A program made the position numbers and the translations under genes. Below are positions 1 through 11,182 of a stretch of DNA of 64,000 nt, in pieces (position 1 is the first letter of the stretch; the number at the start of each line of letters is the position of its first letter). The stretch spans positions 384,001 through 448,000 of the forward strand of contig CAWFAK010000008.1 in the NCBI GenBank assembly GCA_963813715.1, given 5' to 3'. This DNA is from an uncultured Planctomycetaceae bacterium. Lineage in GTDB: Bacteria; Planctomycetota; Planctomycetia; Planctomycetales; Planctomycetaceae. The notes beneath the pieces are model-generated. The model had not been told where the DNA came from and made no database searches. It saw only the letters and a list, made by a program, of their open reading frames with translations.

Positions 1-59
1 AGCCGCGATTGAGTTTGCGCAGCGGCCTCGGGGGCCTGGGGATCGATTCGGGTCGCCAT
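1..59 (-). CDS. Possible 5' end of a gene running off the window (MATRIDPQAPEAAAQTQSR...)
   Basis: ATG at 59 opens a frame that stays open to the window edge; too short to identify. Confidence 0.3.
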   Translation of the reverse strand, partial: MATRIDPQAPEAAAQTQSR

Positions 60-247
60 GAGATCCTGCCGACGGAGGGACGGGCTCGCACGGGGTGAGA
101 GAGCGAACTTGCGAGCCTCTTTTGCAGGATACTCGCGGCGCCGGGGCGACGTAAGGGTCGATCGGACCGCAGGAAGCGGGGATCGTGCGAATGGCGGCGA
201 GTCGGAATGGTCGAACGAGAAACCGACAGACAGTCGGCGATCCCGGC

Positions 248-625
248 TCAGCCTTCCCGCAGCAGGCGGCGGCGGCGGGCTCGGGTGGCGCGATACATGG
301 TCCGCTCCCCGTCCTCTGCCTCGACGAAGAAGTTCCCCGCCAGCAGCCGGTAGAAGAGCAGGATGATGAAGGCTCCCCCGGTGCCGGCAGCGAAACCGGG
401 CAGGCTGATCGGCATGATCCGCTGGCCGTGACAGAAGAAAGCGATCACGCCGCAACCCAGCACCGACCCGACGATTCCCATCAGCGTGGTGCCCAGGGCG
501 CCGCCCGGATCGCGGCCGGGCATGATCGCCTTGGCGGCGAGGCCGACAAGCGTGCCGAAGCCAACCCACAGCAGGACTTCGTGGCCGGCTTGCTGCAGAA
601 TCAGCGTGATCTGAGGCGAGGTCAT
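248..625 (-). CDS. GlsB/YeaQ/YmgE family (transglycosylase-associated) small membrane protein
   Basis: LLWVGFGTLVGLAAKAIMPGRDPGG...TLMGIVGSVLG pattern with three hydrophobic segments; ATG at 625. Confidence 0.8.
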   Translation of the reverse strand: MTSPQITLILQQAGHEVLLWVGFGTLVGLAAKAIMPGRDPGGALGTTLMGIVGSVLGCGVIAFFCHGQRIMPISLPGFAAGTGGAFIILLFYRLLAGNFFVEAEDGERTMYRATRARRRRLLREG

Positions 626-961
626 CCGTGACGCCGGGACCAGAGACGAGGACCAATCGGGGAAAGTCGCTTTATCGTTATCGTCGCCGATCGGGCGACC
701 CCTCCACCGGATTCCCCGACCAATCCCCGCCCGTACCAACGGGTGGCCACAGCCAGAATTTCGAGCTGTGGAAGTCTGCGAAGTCTGCGGAAGAACGCCG
801 GCCGCCCCGCTCCGCCCTGCATTTCGGATTTGCCGGCAGCCGCCGCCAGCCGGGGGCCCGCGCAAAAACAGCCGGCCAAACCCGGGGTCGCAAGCGTTGC
901 GGTGGACTTGACCGGCCGAAGAAGGGAGGGCACCGTCGCGGAGTCAGCGCCCCGCCGGCCG

Positions 962-1471
962 TTATTGCTGCCGGAACTGTTGGCAGTAGGGGCAGGAGTT
1001 TTGGACGGGCATACGAGTCACGGGCTGAGCGTTCTGGAACGACGTGAGAATGTTATCCCACATCTGTCCGTAGAGCGATTCGCTGGTCTGATAGACCTGG
1101 AACGCCTGCTCGTTGTCGATGATGGTAACGTGGGGAAGTTGGGGCGAGCCGAACAGCTCGTTGACCTTCTTCCCGTGGGGAGTCGACGTGTCGATCACGG
1201 TGACCACATAGTTCTGCAACAGGTCCCGCCGGACGCGCGTCTTCTGCACGTCGTCGAGCGAGATCAATGCGACCTTCGCGCCCTTCGCCGGATTCAGGAT
1301 CACCAGCATGGGCTTCTTTGCCTGTTTGGCAGCGCGGTAGGCCTTGGTGTAGTTGTCGTACGAGGTCGGAGCGACTTGGGCGTCCGCCGACGGCGTGTTG
1401 TTCGTGGCTGCCACGAACTTGTCACTTACCGCCGCTTGAGCAAACAGTAGAAGGGCGAAACCAAAGGACAT
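962..1471 (-). CDS. Hypothetical secreted protein, possible thioredoxin-like fold without CXXC in the core
   Basis: Signal-peptide-like N-terminus (MSFGFALLLFAQAA); AAGGAAG RBS upstream; YTKAYRAAKQAKKPMLVIL segment; C-terminal CPYC. Confidence 0.6.
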   Translation of the reverse strand: MSFGFALLLFAQAAVSDKFVAATNNTPSADAQVAPTSYDNYTKAYRAAKQAKKPMLVILNPAKGAKVALISLDDVQKTRVRRDLLQNYVVTVIDTSTPHGKKVNELFGSPQLPHVTIIDNEQAFQVYQTSESLYGQMWDNILTSFQNAQPVTRMPVQNSCPYCQQFRQQ

Positions 1472-1748
1472 GACACTTCCTTTCTTCATCCATTCGAGAT
1501 TCGGTCATCCAGGACCGCACCAGGCATCTCTGCCAGGTTCCAACGGCCCCCGTCCATTCCGCGAAGGCTCCACTGTGGCGGCCCGCAAACTCATGGTCAA
1601 GTTTCCCGAGGGATAAAGTTGGCAATCTCCAGCTACAACTCCCATCTCTCCTAAATTGTCAGTTTGCAGAAAATTTCGGCGCACTAATCGGCACGAGTTG
1701 ACAGCGAATTCCCCGTTCGCTTGGCGTCACGTCGCCCCCAGTCGAGCA

Positions 1749-2399
1749 TCAACCGGGCAACAGGCGCAAGATTTTCGGGTCGTCGAGACGCTCGGCAATG
1801 AACGTCGCCGCGCTGAAGTCGTGATAGCGGCTGTGCTCGTGCGGGATCGAAACGGCCACGGCCCCGGCGGCTGCGGCCGAGCGAATCCCGTTCTCGCTAT
1901 CTTCCAGCACGAGCATCTCGCCCGGCTCGACACCGAGCCGGCCGGCCGCCTTGAGGTAGATTTCCGGATGGGGTTTCCCCTCGACGACGTCTTCTGACGT
2001 CAGCAAGAGATCGAACCGCTCCACCAGCTCGAACTTGCGCAGCACCGACTCGATGTAAGGCCGCCGCGACGAAGTCGCCACCCCCTTCGGGACCGACCGC
2101 TCCTCCAAGTGCGACAGCAGCTCGAACAGGCCGGGCATCGGGGCGACGTGCTTCCAAAGCAAGTCCTGGAAGATGGCCCGCTCTTCGGCCCGCAGGTCGG
2201 CCGGCGACTCGGTCAGCCCCAGGGCGGCGATCATCAGCGGGAAGGCTTCGTCCGACCGGCGGCCCATCATCAGGCTGAGCAGCTCGGGCGTCATTTCCTT
2301 GCCCCGTCGACGCAACAGCTCCCGGCCGGAGCGGTTAAAGATGTCCTCCGTGTTGAACATCAGGCCATCGAAGTCGAAGATGACCGCTTTGATCACCAT
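1749..2399 (-). CDS. HAD-family phosphatase (beta-phosphoglucomutase-like)
   Basis: Motif I DFDGLM, motif II ATSS, KPHPEIY and LEDSENG motifs. Confidence 0.9.
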   Translation of the reverse strand: MVIKAVIFDFDGLMFNTEDIFNRSGRELLRRRGKEMTPELLSLMMGRRSDEAFPLMIAALGLTESPADLRAEERAIFQDLLWKHVAPMPGLFELLSHLEERSVPKGVATSSRRPYIESVLRKFELVERFDLLLTSEDVVEGKPHPEIYLKAAGRLGVEPGEMLVLEDSENGIRSAAAAGAVAVSIPHEHSRYHDFSAATFIAERLDDPKILRLLPG

Positions 2400-2460
2400 C
2401 GCCGGGCACCCCGCATCGAATTTCGCTCCGTCTTTCTGCCTCGTCTGTGGGCGGTGGTCG

Positions 2461-3958
2461 CTAAGCCAACCGCTGGCCGGTGCCCGGTGGCGGGGCGTTG
2501 CGGTAGCTCAGGTCGAGCACGTCCATCGGGTGGGCCACCCAGATCGGTGACCCCGCCCGCCGCAGGGCTGCCTGGATCTGCAGCGAGCAGCCGGCGTTCC
2601 CCGTGATAACCACCTGCGGCTCGCAGGCGAGAATGTTCCGCAGCTTCCGTTGCGAAAGCCGCTCGGACATTTCGGGTTCCGTCAGGTTGTAGCTGCCGGC
2701 CGCCCCGCAGCAGACCTCCGACTCGGCCAGCGGGACCAGCTCCAACCCGGGGACGAGTGACAACAAACTGCGCGGCTGTTCGCGCACCCGTTGGGCATGG
2801 ACCAGGTGGCAGGCATCGTGATAGACGGCCCGCAGCCGAATCTCGCCCCGCGGCGGCACCGGCCCCAGCTCGGCCAGAAACTCGGACACGTCCCGCACCT
2901 TGGCGGCGAACTCGGCCAGCTTCGTTTCCTCAATTCGAGTGGTACTGGCGGCTTGCCCGCCAGTGGTCTTTCCGTCCGTCACTCCACCGCCCGACGTCCG
3001 AACCGCCTCCTCGGCGATGTGCCCATAATCCTTCAGCATCGAACCGCAGCCGGCGACATTGATGATCACGGCGTCCAGGCTGGCCACGTCGAAGGCGGCC
3101 GCATTCTGGGCAGCGAACTCTAGGGCCGGCCCGGCGGCCCCGTTGTGGTAATGGATGGCTCCGCAGCACTTCTGATTTTTGGGCACGATCACGTCGCAGC
3201 CATTGGCCTGCAGGACCCGCGCCGTCGCCCAATTGGTTTGCGGGAACATGGCTTGCGCCACGCAGCCGGAGAACAGTCCGACCCGAGCCCGCCGCCGCCC
3301 GATGGCCGGCAACAAGGTCGGCATGACCGGGGCCGACGGCTGCAGCCGGGGCAGTTGGTCGTACATCCGCCGCACGAAACCGGGCAACAGCCGGGGCAAG
3401 CCGCTGCGATCGACAATCCGATCCAGTCCCGACCGCTGCAGCCAACGAGCCGGAGCCAGCGCCGCCTTCATCCGACCGGGATAGGGGAACAGCCGGTACA
3501 TCAAAGTCCGTTCGATCCACCCGCTGCCGGCACTCGGCCTGGCCGACCCGGCTCCGCCGCTCGCCGACTTCTGCTCTTCCCGCCGCATGTCGACCCGGAA
3601 GGGCTCGATCAGCCGGCCATACTGCACGCCGGAAGGACAAGCCGTTTCACAGCTTCGGCAATCGAGGCAGAGATCGAGGTGCCGTTTGACGCTGTCGTTC
3701 AGCTCAAGCCGGCCGTCGGTCACCGCCCGCATTAAGTAGATGCGGCCGCGGGGACCGTCGTTCTCGTTTCCGGTCTCCAGGTAAGTCGGGCAAGCCGAGG
3801 TGCACAAGCCGCAATGAACGCAGTCCAAAAACCGCGCCGTAGTCGATGTCGCCACCAACCCGGTGCGGTGCGGCACCAGGGGGCATTGCCCCAGCCGGTG
3901 TTTCACCGGGAGAGGCGGTCGAGGCAGCGGATTTTTCGAGGGAAGGTGAGTCAGGCAT
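2461..3958 (-). CDS. glcF: Glycolate oxidase iron-sulfur subunit (frameshift near 3835)
   Basis: Two 4Fe-4S motifs (CVHCGLCTSACP, CLDCRSCETACP), two CCG motifs, YHDACHL; the N-terminus (MPDSPSLEK...DIDY) lies in another frame. Confidence 0.85.
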
Positions 3959-4078
3959 TCCGAAGTTCGTTGGTTGGGTCTCGATTATAGTGCCGCCCCG
4001 CAAAGTTCGTCACGACGCCCGCCCACAATTCGCGAGTTACCGTCCCGGGGTGGCTGGGGTCGGGATCCTCGCCGCACC

Positions 4079-4985
4079 CATACGCATCAAGTTAAGCAAT
4101 ATTCCAGCAAGTCAGGATTGAGTAAGAGCTGGATGACGCTCGCGAAGCGTCGGATGCCAATGATTGCTTTGACCAGGCTGCGGTCAGCGTGCTTCCAGAC
4201 GGTGGCGACTAACAGCCAGTGCTGAACCATCACGGCCAGCAAACGTGCGAACACCTCAGCCGCTTGGCGGACCGGCTGCTGACTGGTGACTTCGTCAACC
4301 AGGCCGTGCGACTTCCAGAGCTTCAACAGGAGTTCGATTTGCCAGCGTGCCCGATAGAGCACCACGGCTTCGCGCAGCGTCAATCGCTCCGGCTCCACAT
4401 TCGTCACGAAAACGGTCCATTGACACCAGTCCAGGCGATCACGACTGGGCGTTCGTCCCTTCCGGTAAGCGCCTCGATGCAACGATTGCCGTCGTCTCGC
4501 GATAACCTCCGGAGGAGCCGGAAAGGCGAAAAAGCGGCAGGGAAGGCGTTCTTGAGCTCCCAGCAGAATTGGAATTTCGATGGGGCCATTCGAGGCATGG
4601 GCTCCGCAACCACGAGTGCAGCGCCAGGGGGGTGACCCTCTGGCTGAAACACCGTTCCCGATTGGATGCGCGTAATCCAGTACGCGCCATCCCGGGCGAG
4701 CCCCGCCAGCGTGGGGATGCCGAAGTAGCCTAGATCGGCCAGTCGCAGAGACCCCGCCGGAAGCGAGTCTCGCTGCAGCGACGAGCCTTGATCGGGGCAG
4801 TTTCCCGGCTCCAATCGCGCTAGCACTCAGTTCCCCGTCGGCAAATTGAGTCGCTTTTGCACCTTGAGAGACGCGGAAAAACCGTTCCCCCCACAACCCG
4901 GCCAATGCGTCGCCAGGGCGGCCGGCAAGGCGATTGTCGAACTGTCTCGCAGATAGACACCGTTGAACCGCTTCAGCAAGTCGCG
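4079..4985 (-). pseudogene. Degraded, 5'-truncated IS4-family transposase with a probable terminal repeat at 4079-4096
   Basis: Fragments across frames: LLKRFNGVYLRDSSTIALP, LRLADLGYF, WTVFVTNV...LYRARWQIELLLKLWKS; in-frame stop and frameshifts. Confidence 0.8.
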
Positions 4986-5434
4986 GCGGAACACGCGTGT
5001 CGCGCCGCTCTACGCGAATCGCGTTCCGATTTCGCGGATTTTGACGAGCCGGCCGCATCGGCGTCGCGCGCGGACAGAAAGTTCCGTCCGTTGCGACCGT
5101 CACAGCTTTCCAAAAATTCGACGCCCCATGCGCTTGCGCGTTCGCTCGTTGGCAAACGCTGAGGGTTGTGCTGCCGGTGCCCGGCGAAGGGCAAATGAGT
5201 TCCGCCCGGTCCCCGATTTTGACGCAAGATTCCTAGATCACGTGTCCTATGCTTGGCAGGATGGGGGTTCGCGAGAATCGTTTCGAATTGGCCCCGATTT
5301 TCACGCCCGCAATTCCTTTGCATTTGGCTACGGGCGTGCTGAGAATGGAGAACGATCTGCTCATGACGGCAGATGGGATTGGGGCAGTGAGTCCGTCATA
5401 AAATTTTGCGCAGCAGATTCTGGAGAATGCATTC

Positions 5435-6849
5435 ATGAGAAGCATCGGGGTTTTTGCACTGCTGGCCGTCGCGCTTTGTGCCGCAAATAGCGCGCAAGCC
5501 AGTTACTACTGCGGAGCCTGCAGCTACAGCTGTTGTCCGCCCGTCTGTTGTCAGCCGACGGCGTGTTACACCTCTTGCAAGGTCGAGCGGCAGACCTGCT
5601 ACCAAACGGTGTACGACTCGGTCTGCGAACCGCAGCAGTACACGGTGAACCGGATCGAGTACGAGACGGTGCTCGACCGTCATCAGGAGACGTGTTATCG
5701 CACCGTGATGGAGACTCGCTATCGCGACGACCATTACACGGTCTGCAAGCCGATCTGCGAGACGGCCTGCCGCGAAGAGCGCTACACGGTGCAGAAGCCG
5801 GTCGTGGAGACCTCGTATCGCGAGTGTCACTACACGGTACAGAAGCCGGTGTGGACGACTGAAGAGCGCGAATGTCGGCGGCTCGTCTATAAGCCGGTGG
5901 TCGAAACGGTCGAGCAGCAAGTGCAACGCTGCGTGATGGACCGCGTCGTCGAGACGGTCAACACCGAGCGCTGCTGCACGGTGATGCGTCCGGTGACGAC
6001 CTACAACACCGTTCAGCGCGATTGCGGCACCTGGCAAACCGTGACCGACTATCATCCCGGTCCGGTCGTGCTCCGCACGTATTGCGATCCGTGTTGCGGT
6101 CCGCGGACCTGCCCCGTGCAGTGCCCGGGCTTCACCACGTGCCGCCGCGTCTGGTGCCCGCGCGTCGTCTGTGAACAAGTCCCGTGCACGAGCTACCGCT
6201 GTGAAGTCGTGCGGCAGCAAGTTCCGGTGCAAGTCTGCCGGATGGTGCCGCGGACGATTTGCGAAAAAATTCCGGTGCAGGTGTGCCGCACCGTCTGCCA
6301 GGAAGTCGTCGAGAAGTACCCGGTGCAGCGCTGCAACTACGTCTGCGAGCAGATGACGCAGCGGATCCCGGTGCAGACTTGCCGCATGGTGTGCGAAGAG
6401 CACACCCGCCAGGTGCCGGTGACGACGTATCGCATGGTGCAAGAACCCCGCACGTGCCGCGTGGCTTACTGCGTTCCGACGCAGGTGCCCTACACGGTCG
6501 AGCGGTGTGTCCCGCGCTGCGTGTGCAAGAACGGTGCCGGTGACCTGCACGCGGTTGGTGTCCAAGTGCGTGCCGCGACAAGTTGCCTACGAGGTGTGCC
6601 GGATGGTCCCTGTGACCGTCTGTGCTCAGCCGGACTGCCCGTCGTGCGCGGTGGGCGGTTGCACGACCTGCGGCGCAACGGCGCCGGCCGGTCCGCTCAA
6701 GCCGCAGGCCGAGGTCGCCTCAGCCGCAGGACACGCGGAAGCCGCCGATGCAGGTGATTCCTCCGGTCAGCCCGCCGGCCGCTCACGAGCCGGGAGTGAA
6801 CGAGGGTTCGCCCGCGAGCCAGCCGTCGACGACCGGCCCGAAGGTTTGA
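5435..6849 (+). CDS. Secreted Cys/Val/Thr-rich YTV-repeat protein (planctomycete cell-envelope type); frameshifts near 6530 and 6720
   Basis: Signal peptide MRSIGVFALLAVALCAANSAQA; ~11/22-aa periodic repeats YTVCKP, YTVQKPV, VQVCRMVP; Pro-rich tail ending GPKV*. Confidence 0.8.
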
Positions 6850-6904
6850 TTGCCTTGCCCGTGTTCGTCATGGGAACACGGTTTTAATCTGACTCCGAAT
6901 CTGC

Positions 6905-6938
6905 AAAAGACGCGTCCGGTTTTCCGGCGCGTTTTTTT
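6905..6938 (+). terminator. Rho-independent terminator after the YTV gene
   Basis: ACGCG(T)CCGG-TTTT-CCGGCGCGT hairpin followed by a T run. Confidence 0.8.
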
Positions 6939-7015
6939 CGGTTTGCGACAGGAGAGATGGTCGCACGGATATCTATCGATTCGACGCGACCGCGGGCTGC
7001 GACTAACATGGTCGC

Positions 7016-8407
7016 ATGATTGCTCGATTCGCGCATTTCGTTCGCCTGGCCCTCGCGCTCTCGCTTGTTGCCGGCTGCTTGACGCCGGTCCTCGCTGCGA
7101 ATGATCCCCCTGTCGCGGCGCGGCGGCCGAACATCCTCTTCCTGCTCACGGACGATCAGCGGGCCGACACGATTCATGCGCTCGGCAATCCGGTGATTCA
7201 AACGCCGACGCTCGATCGGCTGGCCCGGTCGGGGCTCGTCTTTCGCAACTGTTACTGCATGGGCAGCGACATGCCGGCCGTCTGCTTCCCCAGCCGGTCG
7301 ATGCTGTTAAGCGGCCGCTCGCTGTTTCACTTGAAGCACAAACAGGGCGGTTACGGCGTCCACTACGCCGTCAACTTTCCCAAGACGCTCCGCGAGGCCG
7401 GCTACGAAACGTATCACTACGGCAAACGCCAGAACGGTCCGACCGGCATCTATAAAGACTTCGAGCACGAGAAGTACCTCGTGAACGACGATGCCGAACG
7501 CCTCTCCGGGCGGCCCGGCCAGGAAATCGCTGACGCCGCGGTGACGTTTCTCGAGACGAGAAAACGCGAGCGGCCGTTCTTCATGTACCTGGCCTTCGCC
7601 AATCCGCACGATCCGCGGGTCGTCATTCCCGAATATCGCCGCCGCTACGACGAGGCGGCCATGCCGCTGCCGGCCAACTACCTCCCCTTGCATCCGTTCG
7701 ACAATGGCTGGCTCACCGGACGCGACGAACGGCTGGCCCCCTGGCCCCGCACGCCGGCCGAGGTCAAAAAGCACATCACCGATTATTACGGGGTGATCAC
7801 CTACCTCGACGAGCAGATCGGCCGCATCCTCGAGGCGCTGCGGCGTTCGGGCGATTACGACCACACGATCATTCTCTTCTCGTCGGATCACGGCCTGGCG
7901 CTCGGCAGCCACGGGCTGATGGGCAAGCAGAGCGTGTACGAAGTCGCCCTCAAGCCGCCGCTCTTCGTGGCCGGCCCGGGCATCCGCCGCGGCGAGACCG
8001 ACGCCTTCGTCTACCTGCAGGACATCTTCCCTACTGTCTGCGACCTGGTCGGCATCAAAACGCCCGCCGGCCTCGATGCGACAAGCTTCGCCGACGTCCT
8101 TTCGGGCAAAAGCGACACGGCTCGCGACGCGATCTTTCTGGCCTTCATGGGGTGTCAACGTGCGCTCCGCGTCGGCGATTGGAAGCTGATTCGCTATCCC
8201 GAGATCAACAAGAGCCAGCTCTGCAACCTGCACGACGACCCGGACGAAATCCACGACGTCTCCGCGCAACACCCGGACAAGGAACGCGAATTGATGACAC
8301 TCCTGGCCCGGCGGCAGGCAGCCAACGGCGACACGCTGCCCTTATCGTCACCGCACCCCCGCGACCCGGCCGTCTCGGCAGACACTCTCCGCCACCGACC
8401 GGAGTGA
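7016..8407 (+). CDS. Secreted formylglycine-dependent sulfatase (choline-sulfatase-like)
   Basis: Signal peptide, PNILFLLTDDQ, CFPSR (CXPXR) motif, NPHDP, SDHG, GKQSVYE. Confidence 0.92.
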   Translation: MIARFAHFVRLALALSLVAGCLTPVLAANDPPVAARRPNILFLLTDDQRADTIHALGNPVIQTPTLDRLARSGLVFRNCYCMGSDMPAVCFPSRSMLLSGRSLFHLKHKQGGYGVHYAVNFPKTLREAGYETYHYGKRQNGPTGIYKDFEHEKYLVNDDAERLSGRPGQEIADAAVTFLETRKRERPFFMYLAFANPHDPRVVIPEYRRRYDEAAMPLPANYLPLHPFDNGWLTGRDERLAPWPRTPAEVKKHITDYYGVITYLDEQIGRILEALRRSGDYDHTIILFSSDHGLALGSHGLMGKQSVYEVALKPPLFVAGPGIRRGETDAFVYLQDIFPTVCDLVGIKTPAGLDATSFADVLSGKSDTARDAIFLAFMGCQRALRVGDWKLIRYPEINKSQLCNLHDDPDEIHDVSAQHPDKERELMTLLARRQAANGDTLPLSSPHPRDPAVSADTLRHRPE

Positions 8408-8507
8408 ATGACTCGCGCAGTGAAAGGCTCGCCCCGTGAAAGGCTCGCACAGTGAATTGTCCCCCAGCGCGTCGCATTTCGGCGGCCGGCCCCCGGTGAA
8501 GCGGCGG

Positions 8508-8858
8508 TTGCTCAAGTACGAGCGGATGAACCAGCCGCTCTTGAATCGGCGCGACTTCGCCCGCCGGCTGATCGCCAATGCCGGCTTTTCGATCGCGCTG
8601 ATTGTCGTGTCGCTGCTGGCGGGGATGGCCGGCTACCACTACCTCGAGGGGCAAAACTGGGTCGACGCCTTCGCCAACGCGGCGATGATCCTCTCGGGCA
8701 TGGGACCGCTCGGTACGCTCAACACAACCAGCGGGAAGATCTTCGCCGGGTGCTACGCCCTCTACAGCGGCCTGGCCCTGATCCTGGCCATCGGCGTGGT
8801 GATCGCCCCAATCGTCCACCGCTTCCTGCATCGCTTCCACATGGAGGCCGATTCGTAG
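8508..8858 (+). CDS. Small two-TM membrane protein resembling an ion-channel pore module; start uncertain
   Basis: TM - WVDAFANAAMILSGMGP - TM arrangement. Confidence 0.65.
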   Translation: MLKYERMNQPLLNRRDFARRLIANAGFSIALIVVSLLAGMAGYHYLEGQNWVDAFANAAMILSGMGPLGTLNTTSGKIFAGCYALYSGLALILAIGVVIAPIVHRFLHRFHMEADS

Positions 8859-8869
8859 GGAAGTCCTGC

Positions 8870-8899
8870 TTGGGCGATGCCGGGACGATTTGCTATAGT
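8870..8899 (+). promoter_or_regulatory. Sigma70-type promoter with extended -10
   Basis: TTGGGC (8870-8875), 18-nt spacer, TG-C-TATAGT (8891-8899) upstream of the small basic ORF. Confidence 0.5.
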
Positions 8900-8952
8900 C
8901 TCCCCTGCTGTTGAGGCACCAAAATTCACGCAACGGATCAGTCGAGGAACCC

Positions 8953-9075
8953 ATGGGCGCCAATCGTTCGGGCGAACGCCGAAAACTCCGCATGAAGCGC
9001 AGCAAACGCAACCTGGTCACTCAGGAAAAGGCCGACGCGGCCGCGCCGAAAAAATCGAAGAAGAAAAAGGCCTGA
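8953..9075 (+). CDS. 40-aa highly basic microprotein (MGANRSGERRKLRMKRSKRNLVTQEKADAAAPKKSKKKKA)
   Basis: GAGGA RBS 5 nt before ATG, own promoter-like element, 16 of 40 residues K/R; below the ORF-track cutoff. Confidence 0.6.
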   Translation: MGANRSGERRKLRMKRSKRNLVTQEKADAAAPKKSKKKKA

Positions 9076-9107
9076 CACCTCGGCCGCGCCCGTCGAGATT
9101 TGACGGA

Positions 9108-10639
9108 TCAGTCGCGCTTCGGTCCCGGCTGCGCCGCACTCGAAGTGCTCGCAACACCGGCATTCGCACCGGTGACGCGGGCGACCAGCTCGCGGCGGAG
9201 CACTTTGCCCAGGGTGTTCTTCGGCAGGGCGTCGACGAATAACAGCGTCCGTGGCCGCTGGTAGACAACGAGCCGGTCGCTGCACCAGGCGTGCAGCCGG
9301 GCTTCGTCCAGCGTGAGATCGCTCCGCACGATGGCGACGGCCACGCGCTCGCCCCGCTCGGCATCGGGCACGCCGAAGGCCGCGCACTCCTTCACGCCCG
9401 GGCATTCGCCCAGCACTCGCTCGACGACCTGCGGATAAACGTTGTAGCCGTTGGTGATGATCAGGTCCTTCTTGCGGCCGGCCAGCGTGAGGAAGCCGCG
9501 CTCGTCGAGCGAGCCCAGATCGTCCGTGTCGAACCAGCCGTCGCGAAAGGCGGCCCGCGTCTCCTCGGGTTTGTGCCAGTATTCGCGAAACAAGTTCGGG
9601 CTGCGGATGAGCACGCTGCCCACTTCGCCCGGTTCGACGGGCGAGCCGTCGCTGCGGACGACTTTCCGCTTCATCTCCGGCAGCGGCAGCCCGACCGATC
9701 CGCTCGGCCACGGTCCGGCCAGCGGCAGGCTGGTGATCACGTACGACTCGCTCATGCCGTAACGATTGATGACCGGGTGCCGCAAAATCTCTTCCAGCTC
9801 GGGGAGCACTTCCGGGCGAATCGGTGCCGAGCCACAGGTGAAGAGCCGGGTGCGACTCCACGAAGCGGCGGCGGTGCGAAATTCGGCCGACTCGAGCAGG
9901 CGGTAATAGATCGCCGGCACAGCCATGAAGACCGTCGACTCGCCGATCGCCGCGAGGGTCCGGCCGACGTCGAACGATTCTTCGATGCGAATGCAGCCGC
10001 CGGCGAGCCACGTCAGATGCGTGGCGAACTCCAAGCCATGAATGTGATAAAGCGGCAGCACGTTCAGCACGACGTCGTCGGCCGACAACTGCCAGTACGC
10101 TCGTAAAGCCCGCAAGCTGCCGGCCGCGCCGGCGTGCGAGTGGACCACGCCCTTCGGCCAACCCGTCGTGCCCGAACTGTAGAGGATCATCCGCGGGGCG
10201 TCGGCGGTGACGTTCGGCTCGTGGAACGGGCCGGGGGTGCTGTCGTCGACGTCGGCTTGCACAATGGGCGGCCGCGGCAGCTCGGGCGCGAGCGCGGTGA
10301 CGAGCGGCAGCTCCTCGGCCCCGGCGATCACCATCCGAGCTTCGCTGTCGCTCAAAAAGTACCGCATCTCTTCCCGCGTGAACCGCGGATTGAGCGGCAA
10401 CGGACAAGCCCCGGCATAGAGCACACCCAACTGGGCCAACAGAAACGGAATTTTGTTCCCCGTGTAGAGGGCCACGCGGTCCCCCGGCTCGACCCCGCGC
10501 CTGCAGCCGGCCAGCCCAGCGACGAGCCTCAGCATCGAGCTGGCCGTACGTGAAGACGCGTCCCTCGTGCGCCAGGGCCGGTCGCGCACGGCTGACTTTC
10601 GAATACGCTTCGCAGCTCGTGCAAGAAGTGCCTGGTCAC
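9108..10639 (-). CDS. AMP-binding acyl-CoA synthetase, malonyl-CoA synthetase (MatB)-like; N-terminal frameshifts
   Basis: YSSGTTGWPKG, RYGMSE, GRKKDLIITNGYNVYP, LPKNTLGKV; N-terminus reconstructed from GTG at 10639. Confidence 0.8.
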
Positions 10640-10780
10640 ATCGCGAGTTTACCCAAACCACGCCCGCCGCACGATCCGGCGAGCGACGTGTGGCAGCCCG
10701 CCGACTCTCGCAACGAATTCGCCTGACGCCGCGCTGTGGAAATGCTCGGGAATCGCGCGAGCCGTCGCTAGAATAAGGGC

Positions 10781-11086
10781 ATGTGGACGCCAATGCCCGA
10801 CGCATTGCCTTATTTGACCCTGCGCGAAAGACTCCTGATCGATTGCTGCTGGTTGTGCGGCGCGTGTCTTTGGGTCTGGTTCCGCCCACGTGCCAAACGC
10901 TTCGTCAACGTGCCCCCGTGTGATGACACGAGGGAACCCACGAGCCGGCCGGGAGATTGGCTCTGGCTGCGGTTGTGGGTCATCTGGCCGGATTTCTTCG
11001 GGCGGGCCATGCTCGTGCTGCTTCTCACCGTTGCGGTCGTCAGCTGGGTGAGCGACTTGATTCAGTACATACCCGTCGCCCTTTGA
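10781..11086 (+). CDS. Hypothetical membrane protein
   Basis: Trp-rich hydrophobic segments; AAGGG before ATG. Confidence 0.4.
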   Translation: MWTPMPDALPYLTLRERLLIDCCWLCGACLWVWFRPRAKRFVNVPPCDDTREPTSRPGDWLWLRLWVIWPDFFGRAMLVLLLTVAVVSWVSDLIQYIPVAL

Positions 11087-11182
11087 CCTCCCGGCTCGAT
11101 GGCGAACTTTGCTTCACGATACGAGCCCCAGTACCTACTCGCCTCCGTGCAACGCGCTTCCCGTTCCCGTTACAATCGCGGC

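Noticed and set aside
771..789. Tandem GAAGTCTGC repeat
   Set aside because: Only two short copies with no supporting context
9069..9090. Extra family B REP half (GGCCTGACACCTCGGCCGCGCC)
   Set aside because: Only a partial match with no intact stem or partner unit
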